DNA from: Cycas panzhihuaensis
Lineage: Eukaryota; Plantae; Cycadophyta
NCBI GenBank assembly: GCA_023213395.1
Contig: CM041465.1
Coordinates: 185,759,741-185,823,740 of the forward strand
Direction of reading: 5' to 3'
Length of the DNA stretch: 64,000 bases
The translations under genes and the position numbers were made by a program. Of this stretch, positions 40,614 through 55,216 are shown piece after piece (position 1 is the stretch's first letter; every line of letters begins with the position of its first letter). The notes under the pieces are model-generated. The model saw only the letters and a program-made list of their open reading frames with translations. It was not told the DNA's origin and did no database searches.

Positions 40614-42692
40614 AGTAAAATTTGTATCTTTTCCATTTGAGTCATATCGCAATAGAGTCTAATTGCCTTACACTGAGAGAGAGTGGCATTGAACTCATCA
40701 TTCTAAGTACACTTCTCTTCCCCACTCTTAATCTAATTCTTTTTTTTAGAAACAAAAAAGAAGGAAACAAAAGAGAAAAGAAGAAATAAAAAAGAGAGAA
40801 AGTAGATATTTTTCTTTAGGCATATTACTTGTTCTCTTTCTCTTTTATGCATAAAAAATAAGAAAAAAAATATATATAAACATAAAAATTCCCTTAATAG
40901 AAAGGAAGCTCCCATCTTTTTTCTTTCCTATGTATGTGCATCACATTAGCACCTTCTAAAGCAGACCTTACATAGTTTCTTGTTTTTTTCTGAAAGCCTG
41001 AGCAAAGGAAGGGATTGTATAGTTGTGAGTCTTTGAACCTATAGGGTAATATTGCATTTCTAGCTAGGGTAGCTATCTGTATTCATTGAATAGGAAAAAC
41101 ATATAGATGCATGTGGGTGTGTGTTTTCTTTTATAGCATGTCATAGACTCCCACTATAAAAAATTTAAACCATTTACATGCATATATAAACACTTGTGTT
41201 GCACTAGTCTAGCCATTTTTACATCATTTAAGAGAATAATACACATCACACCCATGTTTAAGAGGTACAGAAGTGCCTTGAACAAGGCTTCGATTCACTT
41301 TCACCCTATGCACTCACCATCCATGCCCTAGGCTTGTGTTTCTAAGTGTGTTACTTGTGTTCCACCCTTGCTCACATATATTTCATATGGTTTTTAAATG
41401 GGACTTAGCCCATGGTTTCAATAAAATCAATGGGATATCCTTAGTATTAGCCATGAATTAAATTAGACCTACATTTGGGCACTATAAATATTTGACCAAA
41501 TGCAACCCTAAAAATTTTGAAACTTCAAAAATTAGTACCACAAAGTTTAGCATGGTGTTGTGAAGAATTTTCATAGTACCATGAAGTACTAGTAAACACT
41601 TACTTGTTAGGCAAAAAATAGAGTAGAAACAACATTGAGCAATACAAAAGCCAAAAAAGAAAGTGGAACAATCCATAAAAGGAGCATAATACAGGGAAAT
41701 CTAAATAAAATGGGACAAAACACATGAAAACAAAGGCAACATAATAGAATAGGATGAAGAAGAACACAAGCAAAGTGGCAAAGAAGCAAACGAAGCCTTA
41801 TATAGTTACTAAGTGACCTTTCTTAACCTAGTAAACTTAAAGGGATGATGAAAATAACCATCAACTATGGTCAAAATCATCATTAGCAAAAGGGATGACC
41901 AACTCATCCAAAAATCAATAAGCAAACTCAGGCATACACTCACATGCAACTAATCTAAGTTATATTAAGCTATGATAAGTAAAGAGTGAGTATGTACCTT
42001 CACTTACCTGTTGTCATTGTGTCCATATCATTCCTGAATTATAGGAAATAGTTAGTTTTTGTTCCTTATTTTTGTTCCATATTTTGATGGTGATGGGAAT
42101 TTCAGTATGACAAGATCTTCATCACTTCACATTCTTCAAAGATTTTGTTTTAGATTTTCAACATTTCAAATATTGACTTTTCAGTCTTTTAAATTATCAC
42201 ATTATACTTTTAGTGGATATCTTCAACATTAATAGGATTTGATGCCTAGGGCATTATGTTGATGCAAGAGCTTGTTTCTTTGGTGTAAGTTAGGCTCCTA
42301 GGTGCTTACAAGTGTTTTTTCCCCTTCAAAATATCATTATATAACTTTATAAAGTCCCCTTTATAAGGGTTATGTATATCAATTAATAATTAGGGTTTAT
42401 TAATATTTAATTAAAGGAGTTGATTTAAGAGATTCATTAGTTCATTTTTCAACAAATTTATTGAATTTGCCCTCTTATTCATTGTATAAATATATCATTC
42501 CATCAATAAAATAGATTGGACATTGGTCTTAGGAAATTTAGACTTGGGTTTAGACATAACCAATTCATATTGGTGTATAATTTCTCCATTTTGGCCCTTC
42601 TTTCATCTTCTTTTAGTCTACCTTTATCCTCTTATTTATTTAAAGGATTAAGATGTCCTTTTGGAGGCATGTTTCTAAGATGTATATGATCA
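40614..42692. repeat. Unclassified block X, copy 2
   Basis: Colinear with 6946-9034. Confidence 0.75.
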
Positions 42693-45600
42693 TTCTTTAG
42701 AGAAAGTTTGAGTGAAGATAACCTTAAATGGAGTAGTTCTAGGTATGTAAATAAATCTCCTCACTTAATATAAATCAATAAAATCAAATATTTTAATATG
42801 CTTTTCTTATAATAGCATTCTTCTTAACACCAATATTTTCTCAAGACAACATGCAATAGTCATCCAAATATACATCAACTCCATGACCTATTTAATTAGG
42901 TAAAAAATTTTCCCAATAGGTTTGACATTCAATCCCAATTTATTGTTCTACTAATAAGCTATCTTGAATTTTATTCTATCAATAAAATCATTATGTATTA
43001 ATTATTATTTAGGTATTCATAGTCCTTTCACCAGTTCCCTCTCATAAATAATCAATTTATGCTTTATCAAGAAACTCATATTGAGACAGGTACCTTTTGT
43101 TTGAGTTCTTAGTAATTAAGGAGAAATTTGTGATAGTTACTATTTAATTAACTTCAATGATCATATGTATTTGCTTTGGATCTAGCACTAGTTACTAATC
43201 TTTGGATGCGACATATTTGGTAAGAGTTATTTGATTTCATTGAGTGGTGTAAAACATTAGTTATTTGGATTGATGTTGCTCTATATTCATTTCCTCTTTT
43301 TTTTCTTTTCTTTGCCATAATCTAATAAATCCTTTTCCATGCCACTTAATGACTGGTATTTATAAACTAATTTCCAATGGCATTTAAAGGTGTTATTTGA
43401 TTCTTAATGTAATCATCTATTAATAAGCATATTAGTCTTGACACATAATAGGACTAATCTATCATGCTAATCATGTTTTCAAACCATTTTATACATAATT
43501 TCATTCTTGAATTATGCCTCATATGTGTTGATATAGTCACCTTATATAAGTTTATAAACCCTGATCAATTAGAGTACTATAACAACAACTTTGAATTTAA
43601 CTCTATTTGCATCAAAAGTTACTTAGTTCTCTTTCTCGACACTCATGAAAATACAACATAGCCTTTCAATGCCTAAATAAATAAATACTAATTACTCATT
43701 TAGATTTCTTGACACCTCCTCAAATAATGTGATATCACACCACGAAGGCGTTATCTTTTAACACATAACCACCCTTTTCTTAATAGAAATGTATCAATAT
43801 TAAAACTTGATATTTGGCACTATATGATTGCCCATTTTTATCTCCAAGATGTTTATGAAATATAGATAGTAGCTGCCTTATATTAAGAATGTGCTTGTTT
43901 TTGAAATTATCACAGACAATAAAGTTTTTCTTGGTAAAATTAATATGCATCTTTTAAAACATATATATTTGATATATTGTTTGCTGAAAATAACTTTGAT
44001 TCATATGTTTCATTATTTTTTCATTGCCATATTAGTTTGTCAAATAGAGGTGTCTTTCTTTTGGTAATTGAGTAACCTAAGCTTATATTTACATAATCAC
44101 ATTTTAATAAAATAAATTGAAGTGTTTTTAAATATTTTTTAATGTTTATAGGTATGAAAATAAGAAAATTTTACTGTTGTGATTTAATTTTAATAGGTGG
44201 GTTTAAGTATAGTGGTTAGGAAATATAGAGCTAAACATTAACAAATAGAAAGTCATGGGTTCAACTCTTATTAATTCACCTTTCACAAAGTACACACATA
44301 ATCTAGGATAATTCATTTTTTTAATACCTTTTCATTTTTCATTTTAATCTTTATATTATATATTTTAAACAATGGCATTTCACCAAATTACAAGTATAAA
44401 CTACAACACTCTAATTGATTTAGAGACATCATCTAAACCATTAAATATATACATTTTTACACACTTAAGATTGTATTTATTTAAAGGCAAAAGTAAGCAC
44501 TTTGGGATATTTTGTAAGTCATCTTATTAGGTATAAAATAACAACTTTCAAACAAACAAAACATATTCTTTTCTTGACCTATCATTATAACAAAATATTG
44601 TCTATTTTTGAATCAAGTTTTGATGGATTTTAGGCTCTTAAACACATGAATATAATCACTTAAAAATGCATTCATTTCAAAGAGAAAATTATTCATCCAT
44701 GTGTTGTTTAGAAAAAACTAAATGACCTTATTTTAACACATAATACCCTACATTTTAATCAACTATTGATAAACATTTAATAAACAAACAGATTAAAATC
44801 ACATTTACTTGAAAGTTAAAAAGTGAACTTTGAAGGTGTTTCAAAATAATCATTAAATTCCATACTGTTGATCAGGTTCTTTTGGACTTATAAAATGCAC
44901 ATACATGTACCTCTAAAATTACATCTATTTCAAATCATGAATGAATCATGTTCATGTGCTTTATGATTAGTGTTAAAATGACATATTCTTACACCTCTAT
45001 GTGACCTCATAATGACAAGAAGTTGAGCCTCATTTCTAATAAATGAAATCTAATTAAAATTGAATAAATAAGGTTTTTTTGTTAAGTCATTGTTTCTCTT
45101 GTTATTCATACCATTTAAAGTTGCATGCTTTAAGTATATCAAAATTTATAATAATTGAGTACTCACCAAGTTATCTTTGTAAAACTTCACAAGTAGGTAT
45201 CTTTTCTAATCTACATAGAAGTAATTACGAGATATTAAAGCAACATTAATATGCATATAGGTTTGGAGAATTAAATGCATTTATATTTTGTTTTGTTGGA
45301 ATAAAGTAAACTAAGAGGGAAAGGGAATTTGTTGTATTTACATGTAGTTTGGTTTCATTTTTTTTTTTATTAACTTAGAAAACCATTAATTAAATTAAAA
45401 AAATATTACTCTATTTAACTATATTTGCTTATAGGAACATTGAGGGTTTAAATTATATTTTTATTTTGATTTTAGACTAACTCCTATAAGAGCTAAGGTG
45501 TACATTGTTAAAATAAAAATTATAAAAATATATACAAAATAAGAATAAAAAATTTTATTTTTCCATCATAATCACACACATGATAAATTTAGGATCAAAT

Positions 45601-46685
45601 AAATCTTTGTTGTCACATTTTTCCTTCATTTGTATGTATTGTTCAGCCAACATCTTAGATTAGGACTTTTGTCGCACTAAAAATTTTGAAACGAGGCATC
45701 ATTGTTGAACTATTTTTACTTTGTCAATTCATCATCATCCCTTAAGATCCTTAGGTAAGGTGTTTGTAGATTCTAAACCCTATTTCATTGCTCTCACCAA
45801 GTCATTACTAAACTAAGACCCTCCATGAAAATATGGACCTATAATATGCCAAGTCCTCATCAAGCTAGGGTTAGTTCCTTCGTAGGGATATAATCATGTA
45901 GATGTGCTTTACTTACTAGAACCTATCCATAAAAACTTATACTATAAAGTGATTTTGGTAGATGTAAGGGTAATAAAAAGTAAGTAGGTTGATCCTATGC
46001 TCATTCTTTAGGAATGTGTCATGAAGTTATAGCTAGTTGAGTGGCCTTCTTTAAAGAGACCCTAGGGGACTTTATTGTTCCATTGTCTATACTATTTAGG
46101 ATTACTCAATACATCTTATGGTTTACCTTGGAATTCATTACCAAGGTTGGAGATGGTGATTCTAATAGGGTTAAGGTTGTATTACTAAGAGAGACCACAT
46201 AATAATCTTGGATCAGAGGAGTGGATTGGTAACTTTAACAACTTCAGTTTGGTATTTTCTACCTTACTATATAAAATAATATCAATATGATAACCTAGTA
46301 CTAGAACTTTCTTTATAGTGAGATGAACCCCCAACTATTAGGTTAATTTATATTTTATTTCTCATTCATCTATTTGCCCATCAGGTTTTTTGAACTCTTG
46401 CATTGATCATTATATATTTTAATTAGATGAAACACATTTTATTTGTCATTTGATCAAACGTTCCCTTGTTTAATTCTTTTTCTAATTCGTAAAATGTAGA
46501 CTCCAATGTGTTCTTAACTCACATAGGGCATATAGATTATTTTAGGTGGAAACTAAGAGTATTACATTCCTACATCAATAACCATTTAAAAATACTTTAG
46601 CATGCACCCCTTAATTCAAAAGGGGATTGGTCTATATTCTTTTCCTACTTTTATAATAAACATGTTCCAATAAATGTTTCTAACA
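42693..46685. repeat. Uninterrupted core unit C-D-A (~4 kb); contains empty sites for F and for the TRIM/I/H block
   Basis: D-A junction GCCAAGTCCT-CATCA-AGCTAGGG is contiguous at 45848-45870; homology ends at 46685. Confidence 0.9.
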
Positions 46686-46732
46686 TGAGTGTGTTCTTTT
46701 GGTTTTGGTGGGAAGATAGCCAGTTACGCATA

Positions 46733-46763
46733 CGTGGGTAGCGTGCACGATGGCGATGATTAG
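46733..46763 (+). mobile_element. Possible Helitron 3' terminus
   Basis: CGTG-GGTAGCGTG-CACG hairpin, 10 nt spacer, TTAG followed by T (CTAG with C>T). Confidence 0.35.
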
Positions 46764-47058
46764 TCACATTAATTGTGAACATTGGTCCTTGGTTCACATG
46801 AGTGTTGATATTAATGTATATGTACTATCTATTTATACGTACATTTCAATTCAATTAGAAATTAGGATGGTGACAAATTCCTACACAATGCTCCTTTTTT
46901 ATGCTTCACCCACCAATATTCAAATGTTTGTAGTATATAAAATTTTAATTAAGTTAACTTTTTATTGTATTTGTTTTTGTAATATGCTTCAAAATTTTCA
47001 CACAGAAATTTTACAGTTGAAAATGTATTATTTTAAAGTTATTTCAAATCTTTAAAAA

Positions 47059-47060
<2 letters not shown>

Positions 47061-47125
<65 letters not shown>

Positions 47126-47137
47126 GAGAGAGAGAGA
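47061..47137. repeat. (CA)n(GA)n compound microsatellite
   Basis: Directly visible. Confidence 0.97.
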
Positions 47138-47894
47138 ATATTTATATAGTAAATGAATGATATAATAATTGAATAGTATGAGAAGCCATTTATTATTTAT
47201 GATTGTTTACGTTAGAGTTTGAATTTTATTTTGTTAAAGTGATTATAGAAATTAAAAAATTATGAAATAAATTTTTTGCATTAAAATGTTTTATTTTTAT
47301 TTTTTTGATATAAAAGAGAAAAGGAAATCAATTTTAAAAGCATATGATAATGATTGTGAGAGTTTATTTCAATTATTTTAGTGAGTCTTTTCAAAGCTTT
47401 TAGATGCATTTTTAATGTATTTTGATTAACATTTATATATACATTTTAATAAGCAAATCAATGGATAGGCCATGTGTTTTCAGAATATAGGATTAGGAAA
47501 TGTGGATGGTATAGGATATTAGGTTAAGTCCCATGGCATTTTATAGGTCATATTAAATAAAATATTTTAGAATATTTTTTGAGCAAACATTTATTTATCA
47601 TATATTTAAATGCATGTAAGTGTAGGATTTGCATCCATCTTGCAATGAAAGACTTAGGCTGCTCTAATTTGATGAATGACGAAACAAAGAATTTAGTTTG
47701 TTAATTCGATGCATGAATATGTGAAGGCATAAAAATCTTGATACATGTCCATTGAGTGGTATAATACCATTTCTTTTATACCTCTTAAACATATGATTAA
47801 ATGATCTTAAACGCATGAGAATTTAAGACACTACTTTAATGAAATCTACTAGCATAGTATACAATATAAATCAAATACCAAGACTATCAAAACT

Positions 47895-47919
47895 TCTCTC
47901 TCTCTCTCTCTCTCTGTAT

Positions 47920-47988
<69 letters not shown>
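47895..47988. repeat. (TC)n(TA)n compound microsatellite
   Basis: Directly visible. Confidence 0.97.
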
Positions 47989-47990
<2 letters not shown>

Positions 47991-48589
47991 AAAAAAAATA
48001 TTTAAGACAAATTGTTAACCTATTTTCCATCTAAGCATATACTAGATCTAAGGGTGGATAATTTTGGTTGCTTTTCTTGTCAACATTATAGTCAAGAATG
48101 GATCATTAATTTGTTTTAGATTATTTTAAATCTATCAAGACATCACCTCAATGTAAACGGATTCTATCTAACTCTATTTGTGCTTCATGTCACCTAGTGG
48201 TTTATAATCCCTTTGTCTTAAAGGGTTTAAATGTTGCCTCTATACTATCATTCAATTAAGTTGATATTAACAACAAAATTAGAGGATTACTATCATTGTG
48301 ATTAGCATCTCTAAATTTTTAGTCAATTAGAGATGCATTCTAGTTTGCATGCTTATTCTTAATCATACTTTTTTTTATGATCTAAAATTTGTCTAATTCG
48401 ATGTGTAGCCATTGCTATGGTTTTGAAGACTCTACCTATTTCCACCTATAATATTATGTGTATATTTGGCATGTTTGATGGCCAATTTGTTACTAATTTT
48501 AACAATTGTTATAGATATGTAAGGGATATCTTGGATCCATTTAAGATTTATGGTAGATCAAATGAGGACTTTAAGGATCTTATGTGGAG

Positions 48590-51500
48590 ACTTTTTTTAA
48601 GTTATAAGAGAAGATCAATACTCTTTTTCAATTCATGATTATACCTTAAAACCATTTATAAAGGAGAAAAAACATATCTCCAATATCAATGGCAATAACA
48701 TTATGGCCAATCTAGTGCCCTTAATCTAGTATCTAGTGAAGAACTAGCTATTAGAATGTAATAAGATAGTTGATAGATATTAGGGTTAGTGGATAATCAA
48801 ACAAAATAGAATGAGTTTATGACCACTTTATATGGTAGAGAACATACATGGTATCATGGTATGATAGATTAGAAATTGTTTAAAGACTTGGACAATTGTA
48901 AGAAGCAATTCTTGAGAGCATTTAGACATTAATATTTATGGTAATCAACATTTACAGAACTAAAGAATTTATAGATACAACCACATGAAATGCTCTATAT
49001 ATTTACATTAAGATGTGGGGAGGCATTTACTCAAACCATATGTTAACTGGATGAGAAATAATGCATCAACTATTTTTTGAATTAGATTCCTTAACAATAA
49101 GAATTATAGTTCTATAGAGAAACCCAAAGACTTTTGAAGAAACAATTGACATTATAATGGAATTGGAAGACAAAGTTTATGCAAATTTCCTTGTTTAAAC
49201 TTCACAAGTAGTAGAGCGATTAATTCAGGCATTACAAAAGATTAATATTCCAATAAAAGAACAACCATTGAGAAAAAATATTTCATGAGGTGTGTGGGCA
49301 TCCAATAGAAGAATGTACTCAAAATATGGTATTAAGTAATCATCTGAGAATATCTTGTTGCTACTACTACATATGTAATATAAAGACACATGATATGTGT
49401 GACTATAACTTCAAAACAAAGGCTAAGCATGGAACCCAACAAAGGCCTAAACAAAGGCAACGAGAAGCACTGAAAGCATGAAAGATGCCCAATGCCATAA
49501 CTATAGAATTTGAAGTCACATGTAAAGGGATTATCCCTTCAATGAACTTGGTGTTACTGTTTAAACCTAATGTGGACCTAGCAATCATAAAATAATAAAT
49601 TACCTTATTATGCTATAGAACATAAATGGGAAAGGAAAATCCATCCATCATATGGCTACAATCAGAGCTTCTCCATTTGCTCAATGATCTATATATAATT
49701 CTAGATTTCAAAGGTAATAAGAGATGAATTAGGTTATGAAATAAGGCATAATTAGAGGGTAGAATGATTACAAGTCAAAAAGCAATTTGTAAATGGTACA
49801 AATAAGATTTTGAATCAAATAAACTAGGTAATTGGACCCAAAGTCACATAAGTCATTTTTCAAAGATAAAGAGAAATTTAAGCATAAATACTCATGTCAA
49901 CCAGAGTAAGAAGCTTTGCTACTTCTAATACTAAAGGGACTTTGTGTGAAAGTTGGAGATATTAATGAAACCCAAAAGGTACTCACATTAAAAATCATAT
50001 AAATTATACAATTATTTTAGAAAAAATATTTTGGACCCTTTTAAGGAACAAACAATAAATATTGGCGAGGTTAGACAGACAATGAAGATAACATTGATAA
50101 AATAAAAAAAATTTCAAACCTTTGGCTGATATGCAAATTCAAGATTTCACATTATAAGATGCAATAGTCAACTTTAGGTCACAAATAAATCTTATGAGGG
50201 AGTAAACACGAGTATGAATAGGTTAACCAACTCTAGAAAAAATTGTAATTATGATTTTAAGGCTACCAATAAAATCTTGGTTACCTTATAGGAAGATTGT
50301 GAAGGTTTCTTGTAACTTGTTAGGGACTAATAGTTAGAACAAACTTTGAAGTTGTTTCTCTACCATCTACAAATGATGTCTATTAATTATTATTGGGTGG
50401 ATCATGGGAATGAAAGATGAGAGAAACTCTTTATCTTTACATGTAATGCATAATATTTCAATAGGGAAATGGATCTATTTTTGTTCTTTTAGATAAATGA
50501 TTGACAAAATATGTATAAAATTATGCTTTGGTCTTGATAAGGAATGAAGTAACCTAGGACTAGTATGAGTATATTTATCATTACCAAGTAGAAGTAGTTG
50601 ATTTAGTCAATGCTATGGTGGAATAAAGCCATAAGAGGGGTTACGAGCATAGCAATAAGAGAGGTATAAGAAATACCATTCTTTTGTATAATATCAATTC
50701 CATTAGCCAAATTATTGGAACAAGAAGGTAAAACGATTGTTAGTCAAACTAATCACCTATAACAGAATAATTGATGCACTCTTTAGACCAATTTTATATG
50801 AAAATTAATAAAAACAAAACCTAGATATCAATTTCATGTTGCCTTAGACACATACTTTCAAGAGGGTTGTATTTAATTAGTGGTTGGATTTTCAATCTTC
50901 ATGGTAGACATAGGCTTAATCCATTCAATTCTTCTAGAGAAGATATAATTTATGGTAAAAATATTAGCTACAATAATTTTAGAAATATAAAGGTGATGTA
51001 AGTCTATTCATGCATATACAATGTCGTGAATGAATATGGTTGAGTAAGATAACTCATATAGTATTTTACCCCATTTGTTTGCAACCATATTTTAAAAAGT
51101 TTCCTTATGATTAATACTTGGATATTTTAAGGAAGTAACAAATAGTTAATTTGGTAAGTCTTAATAAGTAGTTTCAAAATACTTTTTGAATTTAAATTGC
51201 AAGAGACCCAATTTATCTCATACTACACAAGACTAGGAATTTCTCATTTAAAGTTACAAAAATAATGACCAAGGTGTTTAAGATTTTACAAGAGGTACAA
51301 TACTTTGCTATTAGATGACACAAGTTGGTGAGCTAATAGATGATGATATCCAATAACACTTCAAGTATAATGAAAGGAAAGCAATGAAGGAATACCTGAG
51401 ATACAATGTTAGTAATAAAAATATGGTAAGGCACCTTATTTGAAACCAATCAATCTTAGCATAATCGATGATCCAAAAATACTTATATAGGTGAAGGTTG

Positions 51501-54151
51501 GATGGATAATATCTTCATATAAACACATGATCTTTTTAAAGAATTCTAGGATGTTTTTGCCTAGACTTATAAGGGCTTAAAGAAAATCCTCAAAACATAT
51601 TGGGTTGATGAAGGTTGAATTGGAAGGAGTAAAGTTACCCTGGTAGAAATTATATAGGTTAAATCCCAAGTACAAAGAAAAATATATAAGAAGATGAGAA
51701 GTTGGTAAGTACTAGATGTAATTATTAAATAAAAAATAATGAATAAGTTAGTTATATAGTCATAATAAAGAAACAAATGGCAAGTTTATAATTTTTGCTA
51801 TCCTTAGAGTGCTAAGTAAGGTTATAAAGAAAGACCCATTCCACCTTTCATTAAATGTATCCTTTTGTCAATGCATTCTTAGTCTATAATTAAGGATTAT
51901 GTAAGACGGCCAATACAAGACAATATTCATGATTGAATAGGGTTCATATGTGTATAAGGTTATGCCCTTTGGACTGTGCAATGCTCTAAATATGTTTTCA
52001 AGGATCATCATGACTTTATTCAAGGAATTTATTTATAAATTTCTTGAAGTTTATTTAGATTATTAGGCTTTGTTTGGCTAGATCAAAGATCATGTAGCAA
52101 ATCTATGATTGATGTTTTAAAAATATCATGAAGTGGGGATTTCTCTTGGCCTAGATAAGTGCTAATTATTAGTTCCTTTTGGGACACTTTAGGGAGATGT
52201 TGTCTATTGAGAAAGTCTCCTAATCAACCTCAAGAAACTCCAAGCTATATTAGACTTGGGACTACTTATGAACTTAATGATGGTTAAGAAATTCCTTGGC
52301 CATATAAGATACAATATAAATCTTTTTCAAAAGTATATAGAGATTGTTATGCCACTAGAGAAATTGTTAAGGAAAGATACTTTGTTTATTTGGACTAAAA
52401 AATTCCAATAAGCATTTGACATATTGCAAAAGAAATTAGTCAATGCACATAGTTTAGAGTTTCTAAATTGGTTAAAGATTTATGTATATGTCGATACTTT
52501 TAGAATAATTGTATGAGTTATCCTTGCTCAACCTAGGAGTAGATCAATTAATCATCCAATTATTTTTTCCAATCAATGACTAATCCAAGTAAAGAATTAT
52601 ATGACTATAGAGTGATAAGTTGAGTCATGGTCTATGCATTGAAAATGTTTTAACATTATTTATTAGAAATGTTTTCCCATTTTTATTCTAACCAAGCCTC
52701 GAAAGATTTAAATAATAAATACAAATTTCAAGGATGAATAATTGATTGGGTATTATTGCTTCAAGAATTTAAAATTAAATCTCCCTTAAGTTTGGTAAAG
52801 TGCACATAGTCATAAACCACTTATCATAAATTAATATAGGAAAAGAGCTAGTTGGGGATGAAGATGACTTTTTAAATATAAAATTATATAAGATTGGCAT
52901 AGTTCAAGATGATTTTTAAGAGATTGTAAATTTTTGGTAGATAAGTTTGATTTCATTAGATTGGCCATAGGAAAAAGAGTGTATTAACCTTAAAAGGCAA
53001 CCAACATCAATTGATTATTGGATAATTATATTAACTAGGGCTAGTTATGATACTTTGACGATATATCCTAAAGTAGGAGAGACCAATATTTCTCTAGGGG
53101 GTATAAAGAGGAGTATTAGGAGGCCATGGCATAAGTTAAATTTTAACATGGAGGATATTTTAATTTAGATTACAGTGGTTGATTATGTCCAAAGACCCAC
53201 ATATTTAGAGTCTCAAAGATGTAATATATATCAAAGGATAGATTGATCAAGTAAAGGTGGGTCATTTTCCACTGAATTTGATCATTGTGATAACACCATT
53301 TGTGAAATGAGGAGATTATCTTTGTTAAACTTATAAGCCTAATTATAATAAGTATTTCTACCTACTACATCATTATTGTAATAGACTAGATGACTGCATG
53401 GGTTAAGGCAAGGGCAATAAGAGAATTGCACTACATAAATGATAATCAAATTTTTACTTGAATCAATGATCACTCATTTTGCATGCCTTTTAGAATTGGT
53501 AAGTGGTCAAGGACCTTGTTTTATTAATTAGATAGTTAAGAATTTGAAGGATAGCTCTATGATCCAACGCTACAAAAGTACTCTATATTATCCCTAATGT
53601 AATGGTTTAGTTTTGAGTTTTAATGAAGTACTATGTAAAACTCTTAACAAAATATGTAATGCAGTCATTCAAATTGGGCTAATAAGTTGTATACATTACT
53701 ATGGTCATTTAGAATAGTTTAAAAGAAATAAAATAGATTAATAGCCTTTTAACTTATTTATGTTATTAAGGAAGTCATTCCCTATTAAATTATTTCAAGT
53801 TTAAGAGTGGATGCAAATATGGGATAGATAGATTAGTCAGAGATTCATCAATGTTCATTTTAACTAATGAAGCTAAATGAAATAAGGGTTTATGTGAAAT
53901 GGTAGTAAACAATTACCAAGGTTTGGCAAAAAGCCTAAAATGATAGACAAATTAAAATAAGGAAATTTAGAGAAGACAACCATATCATGTTTTATGATAT
54001 TAAATTCAAAGGTAAACTAGTAAAATAAAAAACACACTAGAAATGACTATATATTTTGGAAAAATTAATAGTGAATGGGTTAGCCATTTTGTAGAAATTA
54101 GATGGAAAGTCACTACTAAAGAAAGTCAGTGGTAGTTGACTTGGATTGTAC
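48590..54151 (+). mobile_element. Highly degenerate non-chromoviral Ty3/gypsy element J (gag-PR-RT-RH-INT); LTRs not identified
   Basis: Hand translation: DAIVNFRSQINLM ~50158; LLLGGSW ~50386; MPFGLCNA 51962; EVYLDY ~52047; VYVD ~52484; KSTLYYP*CNGLV ~53575; VSGS*LGLY end ~54125-54151. Confidence 0.85.
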
Positions 54152-54918
54152 AAGATATAAAAAGAAAAAAAAAAGATAAAAAAAAGATAAAAAATAATAA
54201 TAAAAGAACAAAAGGGGAAAATAAAAAATAAAAATTAGAGAATTAACTTACCTTTCCTATAATACATATAGAATGTGTGGTGTTATGGACCCCACAATTA
54301 GTAGATAGTTAAGATAAGTTTAATGGTAAATAAGCACACGTTAGTTAAAATAAGATTTGAAAAGTCAAATTCAAAGAGGCAAGAACTATGAAAAGTTATG
54401 AAATACTTGTCATTGCAAATATAATCAAATTATCATCTATATTTCTAAAGAAATAATTAAATTTTTTCAAGCTTCCATCTCAATTTTCTTTCAGTTTCAT
54501 TCCAATTTCATCAATGTCTTAGTATCATTTGGCCTATTTTTGTACTTCTTACTTGAGTATCTCTATTATTATGGTCTTCAACATATTGTTTTAAGATAAT
54601 AGCATCACATCTACTAGAAGTAATATCAGATCTGTTTGGTTCTAGGCACTTTAGCACTAGTTGGGAAGACATCTTATTATTATTTGCTATATTTTCCACT
54701 CTTTATCATGTGTTGTTTATGACTATAGAATTGTTTTCCATTTGTGTTTTGTTTCCTCCTTTTATATCTATCTTGTATGGATTTTTTATTCTTTATTTTT
54801 GCTTTTGTTTCCATCTTGTCATCCATCATATTCTTATGACTCTACTTAGTTCTTATTGTCCTTATATTTTTCCCCATTTGCATATTGCCATCTATATCAT
54901 CCTCTTTATCATTGTTTT

Positions 54919-55216
54919 TGTTGTGACCTAAGGTAGTTATAAGAATTAATAAAATTATTTATTAAAAGTCGGTCTCAATATTATTAGGGTATAAGTACCT
55001 TATTAGAAGTTGGTTTTATTATTAGGCAGTCAGTTTTTTTAAAGATGGTTAAATTTGACACCTATAAAAAGAGAATTATTATTAATTTATAAATCATCTT
55101 TTACAAGTTAATCTATTTGAGGTGTTTTAACCATTTGGCTCTTAAGAGCTTCTATTCAACTTTCATTTCAGCTTTCTTTGTGTTTATAGAAGTAGATAAA
55201 ATTTAAGATCACTTCA
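54919..55216 (+). repeat. 5' LTR of G
   Basis: TG...CA followed by the PBS; diverged direct repeat of 60248-60543. Confidence 0.92.

Noticed and set aside
45866-45874. Telomere-like TAGGGTTAG (also ~35580)
   Set aside because: Single scattered units with no tandem array.
46750-47055. 101 aa ORF after the CpG patch as a host gene
   Set aside because: AT-rich low-complexity translation with no motif or splice structure I can support.
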